64,000 bases of DNA from Flavobacteriales bacterium (GCA_046306055.1 JBKDXR010000024.1:7073-71072), one strand, 5' to 3'; shown: positions 1 through 10,386, numbered from the stretch's first letter. A program made the numbers and translations. Notes: generated from the sequence alone by a model not told the origin.

Positions 1-609
1 TTCCGCCATGGGCTCGATATCCATGCGGCCACAGCAGCCAAGGTCTTCAATGTTGACCTGACCGAGGTGACACGGGAACAGCGCAGCCGGGCCAAGGCCG
101 TGAACTTCGGGATAGCTTACGGGCAGGGGGCCTTCGGCCTCAGCCAGAACCTGGGCATCCCCCGTACCGAAGCGAAGCAGATCATCGACGACTATTTCGC
201 CCAGTTCCCTGGTGTACGTGGCTACATGGACGAACAGGTGGAGTTCGCACGGAAGCATGGCTACATACGGACCCTTTTCGGCAGGCGTCGCTACCTGCCC
301 GATATAACCAGCGCCAACCAGACAGTGCGGGCACAGGCCGAGCGCATCGCCATCAATGCGCCCATGCAGGGAACGGCCGCCGATATCATCAAACTGGCCA
401 TGGTGCGCATCCACGATCGACTGTTGCACGATGGGCTTCGCAGCCGACTGCTACTACAGGTACATGACGAACTGGTGCTGGATGTGCAACTTGAAGAGGC
501 CGATCGCGTACAAGCGCTCGTGAAAGAGCTCATGGAGAACGCGATCGCACTGGATGTACCGCTCGTTGTTGACATGAACATGGGGAAAAACTGGCTCGAA
601 GCCCACTGA
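1..609 (+). CDS. polA: DNA polymerase I, C-terminal part (gene begins upstream of window)
   Basis: Frame 1 is open from nt 1 to the stop at 607-609. Family-A polymerase motifs RSRAKAVNFGIAYG and QVHDELV are present. Confidence 0.93.
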   Translation, partial: FRHGLDIHAATAAKVFNVDLTEVTREQRSRAKAVNFGIAYGQGAFGLSQNLGIPRTEAKQIIDDYFAQFPGVRGYMDEQVEFARKHGYIRTLFGRRRYLPDITSANQTVRAQAERIAINAPMQGTAADIIKLAMVRIHDRLLHDGLRSRLLLQVHDELVLDVQLEEADRVQALVKELMENAIALDVPLVVDMNMGKNWLEAH

Positions 610-658
610 CCCCCGCTCCCATGCGATGGACCTTTACGCCAATTCCCCCCACAACCCC

Positions 659-1561
659 ATGACCGCGATGCGATCGAACAACTGGCCGATGCTGTTGGCC
701 TTCCTGGCCGTGTTCAGCGCCTGCGGAGGCGAACAGCCCCAACAGGACCAACTCCAGGTCGAGAACAGCGAGGACAGTGCCTTGGTGGCCGACCGGATGA
801 AGAAGACCAAGAACATCTTCTACAACATCCCCTCGCCCATGGAGACCGCTTCGCTGTTGAAGAAGGCAGGCGCCTCCTACAACGGGAAGATCCTGAACGA
901 TGTGAAGAACGTGGACAAGTACACGGCCGCGAGCAAGCAGGCCTTGAACCTGGGTATCTACGGCGCGGACCTGAGCTATGCCAGTGTGTTCAAACACACT
1001 CAGGAGAGCATGTTCTACACCTCCTGCTCAAAGAAACTGGCCGACCGCCTGGGTGTGAGCAGCGTGTTCAATGACAGTACGCTGGAGGCCATGGAGCGCA
1101 GCCAGAACGACCGTGATGCCCTGCTGGACATCATCAGCGAGACCTATTGGAACGTGGATGGTTACCTGAAGGAGAACGGACGCGACAACATCAGCGCGCT
1201 CATGATCGCCGGTGGTTGGGTCGAAGGCTTGTACATCGCGACCCAGGTGGCCCGCACGAACGATTCTCCCGAGCTGCGTCAGCGTATCGCCGAGCAGCAC
1301 TACTCACTCAAGGACCTGCTCGATTTGATCGCTTCGTACGAGGTGGATGAACCAGCGCTCAATGGCGTGAAGTCCGATCTGGAGGCCATAGCCGCCCTTT
1401 TCAGCGGGGAGGAAGCCACCACTGCAAAGGAAACAACGGTGAGCACCGAGGGCGGCGTTGCCGTGGTCGGTGGAGGCAATGCCCAGAGCACGCTCACCGA
1501 TGACCAACTGACCGCCATTCGGGACAAGGTCGCCGCCATTCGCAATACCTACATCAACTGA
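659..1561 (+). CDS. hypothetical lipoprotein
   Basis: ORF 626..1561 has a signal peptide with lipobox LAVFSAC-GG and high GC3. The start is ambiguous (ATG 626, 659 or 668). No family recognised. Confidence 0.6.
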   Translation: MTAMRSNNWPMLLAFLAVFSACGGEQPQQDQLQVENSEDSALVADRMKKTKNIFYNIPSPMETASLLKKAGASYNGKILNDVKNVDKYTAASKQALNLGIYGADLSYASVFKHTQESMFYTSCSKKLADRLGVSSVFNDSTLEAMERSQNDRDALLDIISETYWNVDGYLKENGRDNISALMIAGGWVEGLYIATQVARTNDSPELRQRIAEQHYSLKDLLDLIASYEVDEPALNGVKSDLEAIAALFSGEEATTAKETTVSTEGGVAVVGGGNAQSTLTDDQLTAIRDKVAAIRNTYIN

Positions 1562-1569
1562 TCGCCGCC

Positions 1570-2013
1570 ATGCGCAACGTTAGGACCCCCTTCGCATCCA
1601 CCCTGTTGGCTGGCGCGTTGTTCCTTGTGGCTGCTGGAGCCTCGGCCCAGTGCCGCAGTTTCGCCAAGAACAAGTGTGTTCCCGAACTGGCCCCATACAA
1701 GTTCAACGAGTCGTTCAATGCGGCCCAGCTGGCCCCGGGAGAGGAGGCCGAGGTGAACCTTACCTTCTTCAGTGGGCAAGAGTATCGTGTGATGGTGTGC
1801 AGCCACCCCATCCTGGGCGAGGTGAATTGGAAGTTGGTGGACGCCAACAACAAGATCATCTTCGAGAGCCTGGCGGATGAGCCCAAGCACCATTTCGACC
1901 TAAAGGCCGCCAGCACCATGCAGATGCGCGTGGTGGTGTGGGTGCCGACCAAGGGTAAGAGCGACATGGTCCATGTTGGCTGTGTGGCCATCATGGTCGG
2001 CTTCAAGGAATAG
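1570..2013 (+). CDS. hypothetical secreted protein
   Basis: 147-aa ORF with an N-terminal signal peptide (LLAGALFLVAAGASAQ), 8 nt after the preceding gene and followed by a hairpin terminator. Confidence 0.6.
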   Translation: MRNVRTPFASTLLAGALFLVAAGASAQCRSFAKNKCVPELAPYKFNESFNAAQLAPGEEAEVNLTFFSGQEYRVMVCSHPILGEVNWKLVDANNKIIFESLADEPKHHFDLKAASTMQMRVVVWVPTKGKSDMVHVGCVAIMVGFKE

Positions 2014-2041
2014 AAGGAACCGTTCTGCGAAAAGGAAGGCC

Positions 2042-2078
2042 CATCCGAGCAGGATGGGCCTTCCCTTTTTTCCCCTTG
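2042..2078. terminator. bidirectional rho-independent terminator between convergent genes
   Basis: 12-bp stem gaaggcccatcc / ggatgggccttc, followed by ccttttttcc and preceded by gcgaaaa. Confidence 0.6.
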
Positions 2079-2090
2079 GTCCTATGCCGG

Positions 2091-2537
2091 TCACTGGATC
2101 ACGACCTTGCTCTTGCGGGTCAGGTCCGTGCGTGCTTGGAACTGGAACACATAATGGTCGGCGCTCCCTGCGGCCAACTGGACCGGAAGCATTGCACGTC
2201 CCATTTCCTTCCCTTCCTTGTCATAGGCCATCGCCGATAAGGTGTCATTGAAGTCCCTTTCGGCCACCAGATAGACCACCAACGCATTGGTGCGGCCTTC
2301 GGCGTCCTGCGCCACATCCCGACTACCCAAGGTGATGCCACGCGCGCCGAGACCCTCCGAAACGGAAACCTCCACGGCCAGCGTTTTCTCCACGCCAGTG
2401 GTCACCCCTTCCAACACCTCGGACGCTGCCTTACCGGCCAGCTCACCCCCCTTGTTCAGGGCATCCTTGGTGCCATCGGTCACTCGGCCGCATCCGGCCA
2501 ACAGCAGAAGGGCGGATACGAAGGTCAACGCCCTCAT
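2091..2537 (-). CDS. hypothetical lipoprotein, translationally coupled to the upstream M43 protease gene
   Basis: Lipobox LLLLAGC. Its ATG overlaps the protease stop codon (ATGA at 2534-2537). Confidence 0.65.
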   Translation of the reverse strand: MRALTFVSALLLLAGCGRVTDGTKDALNKGGELAGKAASEVLEGVTTGVEKTLAVEVSVSEGLGARGITLGSRDVAQDAEGRTNALVVYLVAERDFNDTLSAMAYDKEGKEMGRAMLPVQLAAGSADHYVFQFQARTDLTRKSKVVIQ

Positions 2538-4621
2538 CGCACCACTAAACGGGCCACCTCTGAGCGGCCACCCTGGACCACCCGAACGAAGTAGATGCCG
2601 CCTTGAAGACCACCGAGCTGTATTTCCACACGTTGCTGCCCAGTGCCAAGCTGGCCCTGGAACGCTTCGCGCACCAAGCGGCCCGTAACATCGAGCAGGT
2701 CCACGCTCACACGGTCCTTTCCGGTGGCCTCGAAGATGGCTTGGGCCACATCGGTGGCCGGGTTGGGCATCAGTACCAAGGCGCCACCCGCATTGCTCAG
2801 CGTCTCCGCCAGACCAACGGGCATTCCGTTAATGTTGATGTCATCGATGTACACGTTGTTACCACCGTTGCTTTCCAGTTCGAACTTGAAACGGAAACTG
2901 GAGCTATGGAAGCTCGTGCTCACGTTATCAATAATGGAATAACCCCACTGGTCCGGTCCGTTGGGAACAAATGAGGCCGTGGTGTTCGGCGCGGTCACCA
3001 GCACGTTCGTGGAGGTATTGCTGGCACGCAGTGTCTTTCGCAGGCTCCACGTGGCACCACAATTCGCGCTGACGTAGAAGCGAAGGATATCGTCATTGGC
3101 CGCAGAGCGCCTCGCGTAGGCGTAGCGGAACGAAATGGTCACGTCCTCGGCATCGCTCATGTCAAAGGTGGAGGAGACGAGCTCATCCTTTCTGCCGGAC
3201 ATCGACGCGGTGTTGATGATCCGCACGCTCTGGTTGCCCGAATAGGCGGCCGCAGTAGTGGGGACAAAGGTGTTGTCGCCATTGGGGTTCACTGCGGTCC
3301 ACATCTCTGATGGGAACGAGCTCATGGGCTCGAAACCTTCGGTGAAGGGAGCGGGCATCCCGGGGTCGGCCAGTACGGTGATGTAGTTATTTGCCGTGGT
3401 GTTCAATGTGTTGGTGCCATCGCTAACGGTGAGTCCCACCTGGTAAACGCCGGGTGTGGTGTAGGTCACTGTTGCCTCAGCATCCGTGCTCGAGCTCGGC
3501 GTGCCGCCCGGGAAGTCCCACGTGCGCGAGGTGACACCGTGAAAGCTTTGGTCGGTATAGGTCACCGTGGTACCCGCGCAAATGGTCTGTGCCGTGCCAC
3601 TGAACTCCGCAGCACATAGTACCGGGTCGATGCCGACACCAGTGGCGGTCAAATTGTTGGCCGTCCATAGCTGGTTGCGCTGTGCGGTACCGGAGTTGAG
3701 CGCAGCGAGCATGCGCGTCTTCTGCCCTTCGGTGAACATCTTGGAGCAATAGGAATACTCCATGTAGTTCTCCACGTTGTCAACCGGGGACCCGCAGGTG
3801 GCACCATTCACGTTGCAGGTCGTCCACCCGATCGTGTTGGGAGTGTCGCTCACGCCATCATCGTCACTGCAGTTCGAGGCCAGCCCAGGCTCGTTGGAAT
3901 TGCCCCAGGTGTGTGCCAAGTTGATCCAGTGACCCACCTCGTGGGTCAATGTGCGGGACCTGGATGGGGAGCTGGTCCCGATGCTGCCCGTGTAGTTGTG
4001 CAACAGCACGATGCCATCACCTGCAGGCCAGTTGGCCACAGCGGAAGGGCGATAGGTATACCCGGCAGCACCATCAGCGGATGCGGCCACCCATACGTTC
4101 AGGTATTTGTTCCGCGGCCATTGGATCAGGTCCTTCATGGTCTGCGAACCATCGTTGGTCAGGGTCGAAACGGTGCGCGTAATGCCTTTGGTGCAGTTGC
4201 CCTGGGGGTCCTTGCGGGCCAGGCGGAACTCCACTCCAACGTTGGCCACAATGCCCAGGAAAGCATCGTTCACGTTCTGCCAATCGGTATTCAACCGGTT
4301 GAAATCGTCGTTGAGGACCCGCATGGCATCAAAGACCTGCTCGTCGCTGATGTTCTCCGGACCGTTATTGTGGATGATGTGGAACACCACAGGGATGATA
4401 TATGCGGTACCTCCTTTCGGGGCACCTTCGAAAGCACGCGTGAACGCCTCCAGCTCGGCTTCAGCAGCCTCGATGCGGGCCAATTCAGCAGGGTCGTTGT
4501 GGTGGAAGCGCTCCAGTTTGCGCAGGTCGTTCGCACCGCATGGGTGTACGGCTCCGTCCTGGCCAATAAGAGCGAGGGTGGATGCCAGTCCGATAATGAA
4601 CGCAAAGGGTCGAAGGGTCAT
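2534..4621 (-). CDS. M43-family zinc metalloprotease with PKD-like and MAM-like domains and a T9SS C-terminal sorting domain
   Basis: HEVGHWINLAHTWG zincin motif, a PKD-like segment (VTYTTPGVYQVGLTVSDG) and a C-terminal 80 aa with the T9SS type-A pattern. The longest ORF starts at TTG 4648; the first ATG at 4621 precedes the signal peptide. Confidence 0.85.
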   Translation of the reverse strand: MTLRPFAFIIGLASTLALIGQDGAVHPCGANDLRKLERFHHNDPAELARIEAAEAELEAFTRAFEGAPKGGTAYIIPVVFHIIHNNGPENISDEQVFDAMRVLNDDFNRLNTDWQNVNDAFLGIVANVGVEFRLARKDPQGNCTKGITRTVSTLTNDGSQTMKDLIQWPRNKYLNVWVAASADGAAGYTYRPSAVANWPAGDGIVLLHNYTGSIGTSSPSRSRTLTHEVGHWINLAHTWGNSNEPGLASNCSDDDGVSDTPNTIGWTTCNVNGATCGSPVDNVENYMEYSYCSKMFTEGQKTRMLAALNSGTAQRNQLWTANNLTATGVGIDPVLCAAEFSGTAQTICAGTTVTYTDQSFHGVTSRTWDFPGGTPSSSTDAEATVTYTTPGVYQVGLTVSDGTNTLNTTANNYITVLADPGMPAPFTEGFEPMSSFPSEMWTAVNPNGDNTFVPTTAAAYSGNQSVRIINTASMSGRKDELVSSTFDMSDAEDVTISFRYAYARRSAANDDILRFYVSANCGATWSLRKTLRASNTSTNVLVTAPNTTASFVPNGPDQWGYSIIDNVSTSFHSSSFRFKFELESNGGNNVYIDDININGMPVGLAETLSNAGGALVLMPNPATDVAQAIFEATGKDRVSVDLLDVTGRLVREAFQGQLGTGQQRVEIQLGGLQGGIYFVRVVQGGRSEVARLVVR

Positions 4622-4819
4622 GACGGTTCGGGGGTGCAGGTGTACCAAATGGGTCCCTAAACTACTGAACCCGTTATCAACGGAACGTCACAGGCACGTC
4701 GATCGTTCGATACAAGCTGGTGATCCTGAAACGGCCCACGGCTGGTCATACCCTGTCCGCCTTCCTATGAAGGGGGCCATATGGCAGGTCAACGTCTGAG
4801 TTTGATCGACCAGCCTCTG

Positions 4820-6892
4820 TCATTCCACGGCCAAACGGGTCGATGACCGCCCATCCTTGGACCGCACCACAACACTATAAATACCCGGCGGAAAGCCGAC
4901 AAGATCGATGTTCGTGCGCTCGGTAATGCCGGTCCTGCCCTGAATGGTGGTCCGTTGCACGACCCTCCCCATGCCATCCACGAGCTCCAATTCGTAGATA
5001 CCTGTCGTTTCGGGCCGCCATACTAGAACGGTATTGTCGGAGGCCGGGTTGGGGGCCAATACTGGACCCATGGCGATGTTGTCCAATGACCAGACCCCAA
5101 CGGGTGTACCACTGAGGTTGATATCGTCCAGGTATAACGCGTTGCCCCCGCCGCTCACGAACTCGAACTTCAATCGGAAGTTCGGGGCGTGGTAGGCCGA
5201 GCTGATGTTGTTCACTACGCTGTAACCCCATTGCTCAGGACCCGCAGGCACGAACGTGCCATTTACGATACCTCCGGTGGTGAGCACATTGCTGGTGGTG
5301 TTCGAAGCCCTCAGGCTCTGGCGCAGGCTCCAGGTCTCGCCGCAATCATTGCTCACGTGAACACGGAGCACATCCTCATTGGAAGGAGCGCGTTTCGCGT
5401 AGGCATATCTGAAGGTGATCGTCACGTCCTCGGCAGCGCTCATGTCGTAGGTGGTGGAGACCAGGGCATCGCTATGGCTCCAGTTGGCGGGGCCGTTCAG
5501 CAGTCGTGCACTGTGCGTTCCCGAATAGGAGGCTGCATCCGTAAGGGTGAAACCGCCATCTCCATCGGGGTCCTGGACGCTCCATTCCGCCGTAGGCAGG
5601 GTCGAAATGTTCTCAAAGCCTTCGGCCAAGGGTGGTGTTGCACCCGGGTTGGCCAGAACGGTGATGTAGTCCATGGCGACCACTTCCAAAGAGTTGGTCC
5701 CATCGCTGACCACGAGTGAGACCGGGTAGGTCCCTGGCGTAGCGTAGGTCACCGAAGGCTGGCTGGCATTTGATGTGGCGGGCTCACCACCCCCAAATGT
5801 CCATGCGCGCTGTTGCACACCATTATAGCTCAGGTCGCTGAAGATGACCGGGGTGCCTGCACAGACCTCGCGCATGTTCGCAGTGAATTGCGCACTGCAC
5901 AGGACAGGTGTTCCAAGCACTCCGGTCTGTTGCAGGTTGCCTGGTTGCCACAATTGATCACGCTCGGCAACGGGAGAGGTCAGTGCCTCCAACATCCGTT
6001 CGGCCTGCCCACGGGAGAACATTTTCGCGCAGTAGGAGTACTCCATGTAGTTCTCCACGTTGTCAAGGTCGGAGCCGCATGATGCACCGCTGAGCACGCA
6101 CGCTGTCCATCCTACGGTCAGAGGGGTGTCCGTTACTTGGTCGTCATCCATGCAGTTCTGAGGCATGCCCGGTTCATTGCTATCGCCCCAGCAGTGCATC
6201 AGGTTGAGCCAATGCCCCACTTCATGGGAGAGCACACGGGAGTGCGAGACGGAACTGGTGCCAATACTGCCCACATAACTATGGAGCAGCACGATGCCAT
6301 CCGCTTCGGGCCAGCTGTCAAGCCACATCGGGTAGTAGGTGTAACCTGCCGCACCACTGGCGCTGGCGGCCACCCAGACGTTCATGTAGCTGTTCCGTGG
6401 CCATTGGATGAGCTGGGTCATCTCGAAATCACCATTGTTGGTCTGTGTGGAAACAGTCCGGGTGATCCCATTGGTGCAATTGCCTTCCGGATCAAGCTGT
6501 GCCAGCCGGAACTCGATGCCCACATTGGCCACGAGGTCCAGGAACTCCGGCCTCACATTGGTCCAATCGGGGTTCTGTCTGTTGAAGTCGTCGTTCAGCA
6601 CGCGCACGGCGTCATACACCTGGGCATCGCTGATGTTCTCCGGTCCGTTATTGTGGATGATGTGGAACACCACGGGTATGATCAATGGGCCACCTCCGCC
6701 CCGATGGGCGCCTTGCCGGTGTGCTTCCTGTCGTGCCTTGGCCTGCATGGCGCACTCCGTGAAACCGGGGCGTTCGGCCTCCATGCGCTGCAGGACAGCC
6801 GGATCGTTGGAACGACAAGTGAAGCCCTGGTCCTGGGCCAAAGTGGTCAATGATGTACAGGCCATGACCATGGCCACTACGGAATTCCGCAT
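4820..6892 (-). CDS. M43-family zinc metalloprotease, tandem paralogue of 2534..4621
   Basis: HEVGHWLNLMHCWG motif, with the same domain order and a T9SS C-terminal domain. The longest ORF starts at GTG 6931; ATG 6892 precedes the signal peptide. Confidence 0.85.
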   Translation of the reverse strand: MRNSVVAMVMACTSLTTLAQDQGFTCRSNDPAVLQRMEAERPGFTECAMQAKARQEAHRQGAHRGGGGPLIIPVVFHIIHNNGPENISDAQVYDAVRVLNDDFNRQNPDWTNVRPEFLDLVANVGIEFRLAQLDPEGNCTNGITRTVSTQTNNGDFEMTQLIQWPRNSYMNVWVAASASGAAGYTYYPMWLDSWPEADGIVLLHSYVGSIGTSSVSHSRVLSHEVGHWLNLMHCWGDSNEPGMPQNCMDDDQVTDTPLTVGWTACVLSGASCGSDLDNVENYMEYSYCAKMFSRGQAERMLEALTSPVAERDQLWQPGNLQQTGVLGTPVLCSAQFTANMREVCAGTPVIFSDLSYNGVQQRAWTFGGGEPATSNASQPSVTYATPGTYPVSLVVSDGTNSLEVVAMDYITVLANPGATPPLAEGFENISTLPTAEWSVQDPDGDGGFTLTDAASYSGTHSARLLNGPANWSHSDALVSTTYDMSAAEDVTITFRYAYAKRAPSNEDVLRVHVSNDCGETWSLRQSLRASNTTSNVLTTGGIVNGTFVPAGPEQWGYSVVNNISSAYHAPNFRLKFEFVSGGGNALYLDDINLSGTPVGVWSLDNIAMGPVLAPNPASDNTVLVWRPETTGIYELELVDGMGRVVQRTTIQGRTGITERTNIDLVGFPPGIYSVVVRSKDGRSSTRLAVE

Positions 6893-6993
6893 GTTGTGGG
6901 AATGAGTTGCTTCGCAAGATAGCGCCTTCACTTCCGGGCCTGCGACGGCTCGCGGTTTATCGCCACGCCTTCCTTGGAGACCTTACCGCAGGT

Positions 6994-8133
6994 TCAGGCC
7001 AGCGCCTGGTCAAGGTCGGCGATCAGGTCGTCGGCATCCTCAAGACCTACGCTCAGGCGGATCAGCGTATCGGCCAATCCGTTCCTGAGCCGCTCTTCGC
7101 GGGGAATGCTGGCGTGGGTCATGCTCGCCGGATGGCCCGACAGCGATTCCACACCGCCCAGGCTTTCGGCCAGGGAGAAGAGCTTGGTGCTGCTGAGCAC
7201 GCGCGTTGCGTCGGCCATGTTGTCGCCCTTCAGGGTGAAGCTGATCATGCCACCGAAGCCACGCATCTGTTTCGCGGCCACCGCATGGTTCACATGCGTG
7301 GCGAAGCCGGGCCAGTAAACCTTATCCACTTTGGGATGTGCCACAAGCCATTCGGCCACCACCTTCCCGTTCTCGCAATGACGCTGCATGCGCAGGTGAA
7401 GCGTCTTCAGGCCGCGCAGCACCAGGAAACAGTCCATAGGACCGGGGGTGGCGCCGGTACTGTTCTGAATGAAGGCCAGGCGCTCGGCAAGCGTATCGTC
7501 CTTCACGACCAAGGCGCCCATCACCACGTCACTATGGCCGCCGAGGTACTTCGTAACGCTGTGCATGACAATGTCGGCACCCAGGTCGATCGGGTTCTGC
7601 AAGTAGGGGCTCGCGAACGTATTGTCCACGCCCAGCAGGCAGCCCTGTTTTCTTGCGATCGCGCTAAGCCCTTCGATGTCGATGATGCGGAGCAGCGGAT
7701 TCGTTGGGGTTTCTGCCCAGATCAGGCGCGTTCGGGGCGTCAGTGCGGCCTCCACGTTCCTCAGGTCGCCCATGTCCACGAAGCGGAACTTCACTCCGAA
7801 GCCTTCGAAGATCTTGGTGAACAGACGGTAGGTGCCACCGTAAAGGTCGTTGGTGCTCACCACTTCGTCGCCCGGCTTCAACAGCTTCACGATGGCATCG
7901 ATGCTGGCCATGCCCGTCGCGAAGCACAGGCCGTGCTTGCCGTTCTCCAGCGCGGCCAAGGCGTTCTGCAGTGCCGTGCGCGTGGGGTTGTGGGTGCGGC
8001 TGTATTCGTAGCCTTTGTGGTCGCCCGGTGCTGCCTGCACGTAGGTGCTGGTCTGGTAGATGGGCGTCATGATGGCCCCTGTAGTGGGGTCCGGTTCCAC
8101 GCCGGCGTGGATGGCCTTGGTGCCGAATTTCAT
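6994..8133 (-). CDS. Cys/Met-metabolism PLP-dependent enzyme (cystathionine gamma-synthase / beta- or gamma-lyase family)
   Basis: N-terminus MKFGTKAIHAG...TPIYQTSTY and the overall 379-aa layout are typical of trans-sulfuration enzymes. Confidence 0.85.
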   Translation of the reverse strand: MKFGTKAIHAGVEPDPTTGAIMTPIYQTSTYVQAAPGDHKGYEYSRTHNPTRTALQNALAALENGKHGLCFATGMASIDAIVKLLKPGDEVVSTNDLYGGTYRLFTKIFEGFGVKFRFVDMGDLRNVEAALTPRTRLIWAETPTNPLLRIIDIEGLSAIARKQGCLLGVDNTFASPYLQNPIDLGADIVMHSVTKYLGGHSDVVMGALVVKDDTLAERLAFIQNSTGATPGPMDCFLVLRGLKTLHLRMQRHCENGKVVAEWLVAHPKVDKVYWPGFATHVNHAVAAKQMRGFGGMISFTLKGDNMADATRVLSSTKLFSLAESLGGVESLSGHPASMTHASIPREERLRNGLADTLIRLSVGLEDADDLIADLDQALA

Positions 8134-8151
8134 GCGGAAAGGAATGGGCGG

Positions 8152-8159
8152 CGAAGGTA
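8152..8159 (-). promoter_or_regulatory. putative Bacteroidota -7 promoter box (TACCTTCG) for 6994..8133
   Basis: The reverse complement reads ctaccttcgccgc, 18 nt upstream of the ATG. The same extended motif recurs at other gene starts. Confidence 0.4.
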
Positions 8160-8170
8160 GGTGGAGGCGG

Positions 8171-9382
8171 TCAGCCCTGTGTGTTGTGGCCGGTCCTGCG
8201 CAACCATCGCGGAAGGATGATGGTACCCATGAACAGGTAGAGGTAGTAGCTGAGCAGACGCCAGATAACGGCGATGGCCCCGATGTAGCCGACCGCCGGT
8301 AGGAGGTCCCGGAAGAATCCCGAGAAGGCGATCTCGGCCACGCCGCTACCTCCAGGGGTTGGGCTGATGAGCAGGATCACCCACATGATCAACTGTCGCG
8401 CATAGAGCAACAAGTGGTCATTCACCGTGAAGAACGCAGCCGCAATGAGGTTGATCACAACGAAGCGGTTGGCCCAGGAGAAACAGGTCGCGGCAAAGGC
8501 CTTTATCCAGAATCGTCTGGGCTTGCCGCGTAGTTCCTCTGAAGTGAGGACAATATCATCACCCACTTTGATCACTGCTGGCCGCCAGCGTCGGAGGAAG
8601 GGGAGCTTGAAGACACGAAGCAGGGCGAACTTGAAGGCCCTGGGGCGAAAGAACACCCCGTAGAAGATGGCCAGCACCATCACCAGGATGAACAGGTAAC
8701 CGATGACGAAGATGGTCTTGATCGGCAAGCCCCAGAAAGCGTGGTCCAGTTGGGCGGGAAAGAGGTGTTCCATGCCCACGGCAAGGAACACCAAGGGGAC
8801 CATGATGATGTAGAACAGTTCATCCATCAAAGCGGTGACCAATACGATGGCCGTGGCCCGCCCAAGCGGTATTCCTTCGCGCCCGATGATGAACATGGCT
8901 ATACCGGATCCTCCCACCACCGATGGAGTGAGCGCTGATGCGAACTCCCAGAGGAAGGTGACGTTGAAGGACTGGCGCCACGAAAGGTGCCCGTCCGAAA
9001 GGACCCGCATCCTGAAAATGTAGCCCAGGTCACGGAAGGCGGTGGCGACCACGGCCAGGAACAACCAGCCTGTGCTGTACCAGGTCCAATCAATGGTTCG
9101 AAGGATGTCGCGTGTGGTCAGCCTTCGGTATTCACCGCTACCGCTCTCTACGGCCACGAACTCCGCCGGGTCGGCCAGGTCGGGGATCTTGTTCTTATTG
9201 ACGTCCACCCAAGCGTAGGTACCGCCGCCCTTTAATGCACGCTCAAATCGCTCCTTGCCCAGGTCGCGCCAGAGCAGCCAGCCTGCGGCCAACATGCCGA
9301 TCAGCACAGGCAAAAGCACCTTGCGCATCCGGAAGCTTCGCCGAATGTCCTGTTCGTCCGTTCCCTTCACTACCTCGTTCAT
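8171..9382 (-). CDS. multi-pass membrane protein, lysylphosphatidylglycerol-synthase TM-region-like (UPF0104 family)
   Basis: 403 aa with many predicted TM helices. Family assignment is from memory of similar Bacteroidota proteins. Confidence 0.55.
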   Translation of the reverse strand: MNEVVKGTDEQDIRRSFRMRKVLLPVLIGMLAAGWLLWRDLGKERFERALKGGGTYAWVDVNKNKIPDLADPAEFVAVESGSGEYRRLTTRDILRTIDWTWYSTGWLFLAVVATAFRDLGYIFRMRVLSDGHLSWRQSFNVTFLWEFASALTPSVVGGSGIAMFIIGREGIPLGRATAIVLVTALMDELFYIIMVPLVFLAVGMEHLFPAQLDHAFWGLPIKTIFVIGYLFILVMVLAIFYGVFFRPRAFKFALLRVFKLPFLRRWRPAVIKVGDDIVLTSEELRGKPRRFWIKAFAATCFSWANRFVVINLIAAAFFTVNDHLLLYARQLIMWVILLISPTPGGSGVAEIAFSGFFRDLLPAVGYIGAIAVIWRLLSYYLYLFMGTIILPRWLRRTGHNTQG

Positions 9383-9386
9383 CCGA

Positions 9387-9394
9387 TAGTTTTG
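9387..9394 (+). promoter_or_regulatory. putative -7 promoter box (TAGTTTTG) for 9442..10377
   Basis: Exact TAnnTTTG match 48 nt upstream of the ATG. Confidence 0.4.
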
Positions 9395-9441
9395 TCGCCG
9401 ACCCTTGCCGACGGCCCTAAAGATATCCGTTAGGCCGAACG

Positions 9442-10377
9442 ATGAACCGCACGACCCGCGCCCATCTGGCCCTCTTCGCGGTCAATTTCATCTATGGGGT
9501 CAATTATGTCGTGGCCAAAGGACTCATGCCGAATGTCATCGGACCCTCGGGTTTCATCCTGCTCCGTGTGATCGGCGCCACCTTCCTATTCTGGTTGTTG
9601 CGTGCGTTCGGTCCGGAACGTGTGTACCGGTCGGACATGCTGCGCCTGGCCTTGTGCGCGGTCTTCGGAGTGGCATTGAACCAGCTCATGTTCTTCCATG
9701 GGCTCATGCGCACCACGCCCTTGAACGCGAGCATCATCATGGTCGCTACACCCATATTGGTGCTGGTGCTGGCCGCTGTGCTCATTGGCGAGCGGGTCAC
9801 CCGTCGAAAGGTCCTGGGAGTGGCATTGGGTGCGGCTGGTGCATTGATCCTCATTTTCCTGAAACCGACGGGTTCAATGGCCGGTGCATCCACCTGGGGC
9901 GATCTCTTCATTCTCATCAACGCCACATCCTACGGTCTGTACCTCGTCCTGGTGAAACCCTTGATGCGTAAGTATACCGCGGTCACGGTCATGGCCTGGT
10001 CCTTTCTGTTGGGGCTCGTGCTGGTGCTGCCTTTCGGGTGGTCCGAGTTGATGGCCGTGCATTGGTCGGCATTGAGCACGCCGGTCTGGTGGGCCCTGGG
10101 TTTCGTCGTGGTGATGGTGACATTCGTGGCATACCTGCTGAACACATGGGCGCTTGGCGTGGTGTCGCCGAGCGTGGTGGGGACCTACATCTACATGCAG
10201 CCGGTCCTGGCCGCGGTGTTCACGTGGCTGTTCGTTCAGGTCGGTGCCGAACGGCTGGGGATACCCGGTCAGTATGTTGCGTCACTGGGTTGGCCGCAGG
10301 TCCTGTGTGCAGCAATCATTTTCCTGGGTGTTCACCTCGTGAGCAGGAGCGATAGCGAACAACAAGCGCAGCGTTGA
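9442..10377 (+). CDS. EamA/DMT-family transporter
   Basis: 311 aa with 10 predicted TM segments in two repeated halves, the typical EamA layout. Confidence 0.8.
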   Translation: MNRTTRAHLALFAVNFIYGVNYVVAKGLMPNVIGPSGFILLRVIGATFLFWLLRAFGPERVYRSDMLRLALCAVFGVALNQLMFFHGLMRTTPLNASIIMVATPILVLVLAAVLIGERVTRRKVLGVALGAAGALILIFLKPTGSMAGASTWGDLFILINATSYGLYLVLVKPLMRKYTAVTVMAWSFLLGLVLVLPFGWSELMAVHWSALSTPVWWALGFVVVMVTFVAYLLNTWALGVVSPSVVGTYIYMQPVLAAVFTWLFVQVGAERLGIPGQYVASLGWPQVLCAAIIFLGVHLVSRSDSEQQAQR

Positions 10378-10386
10378 ACGCACGCC

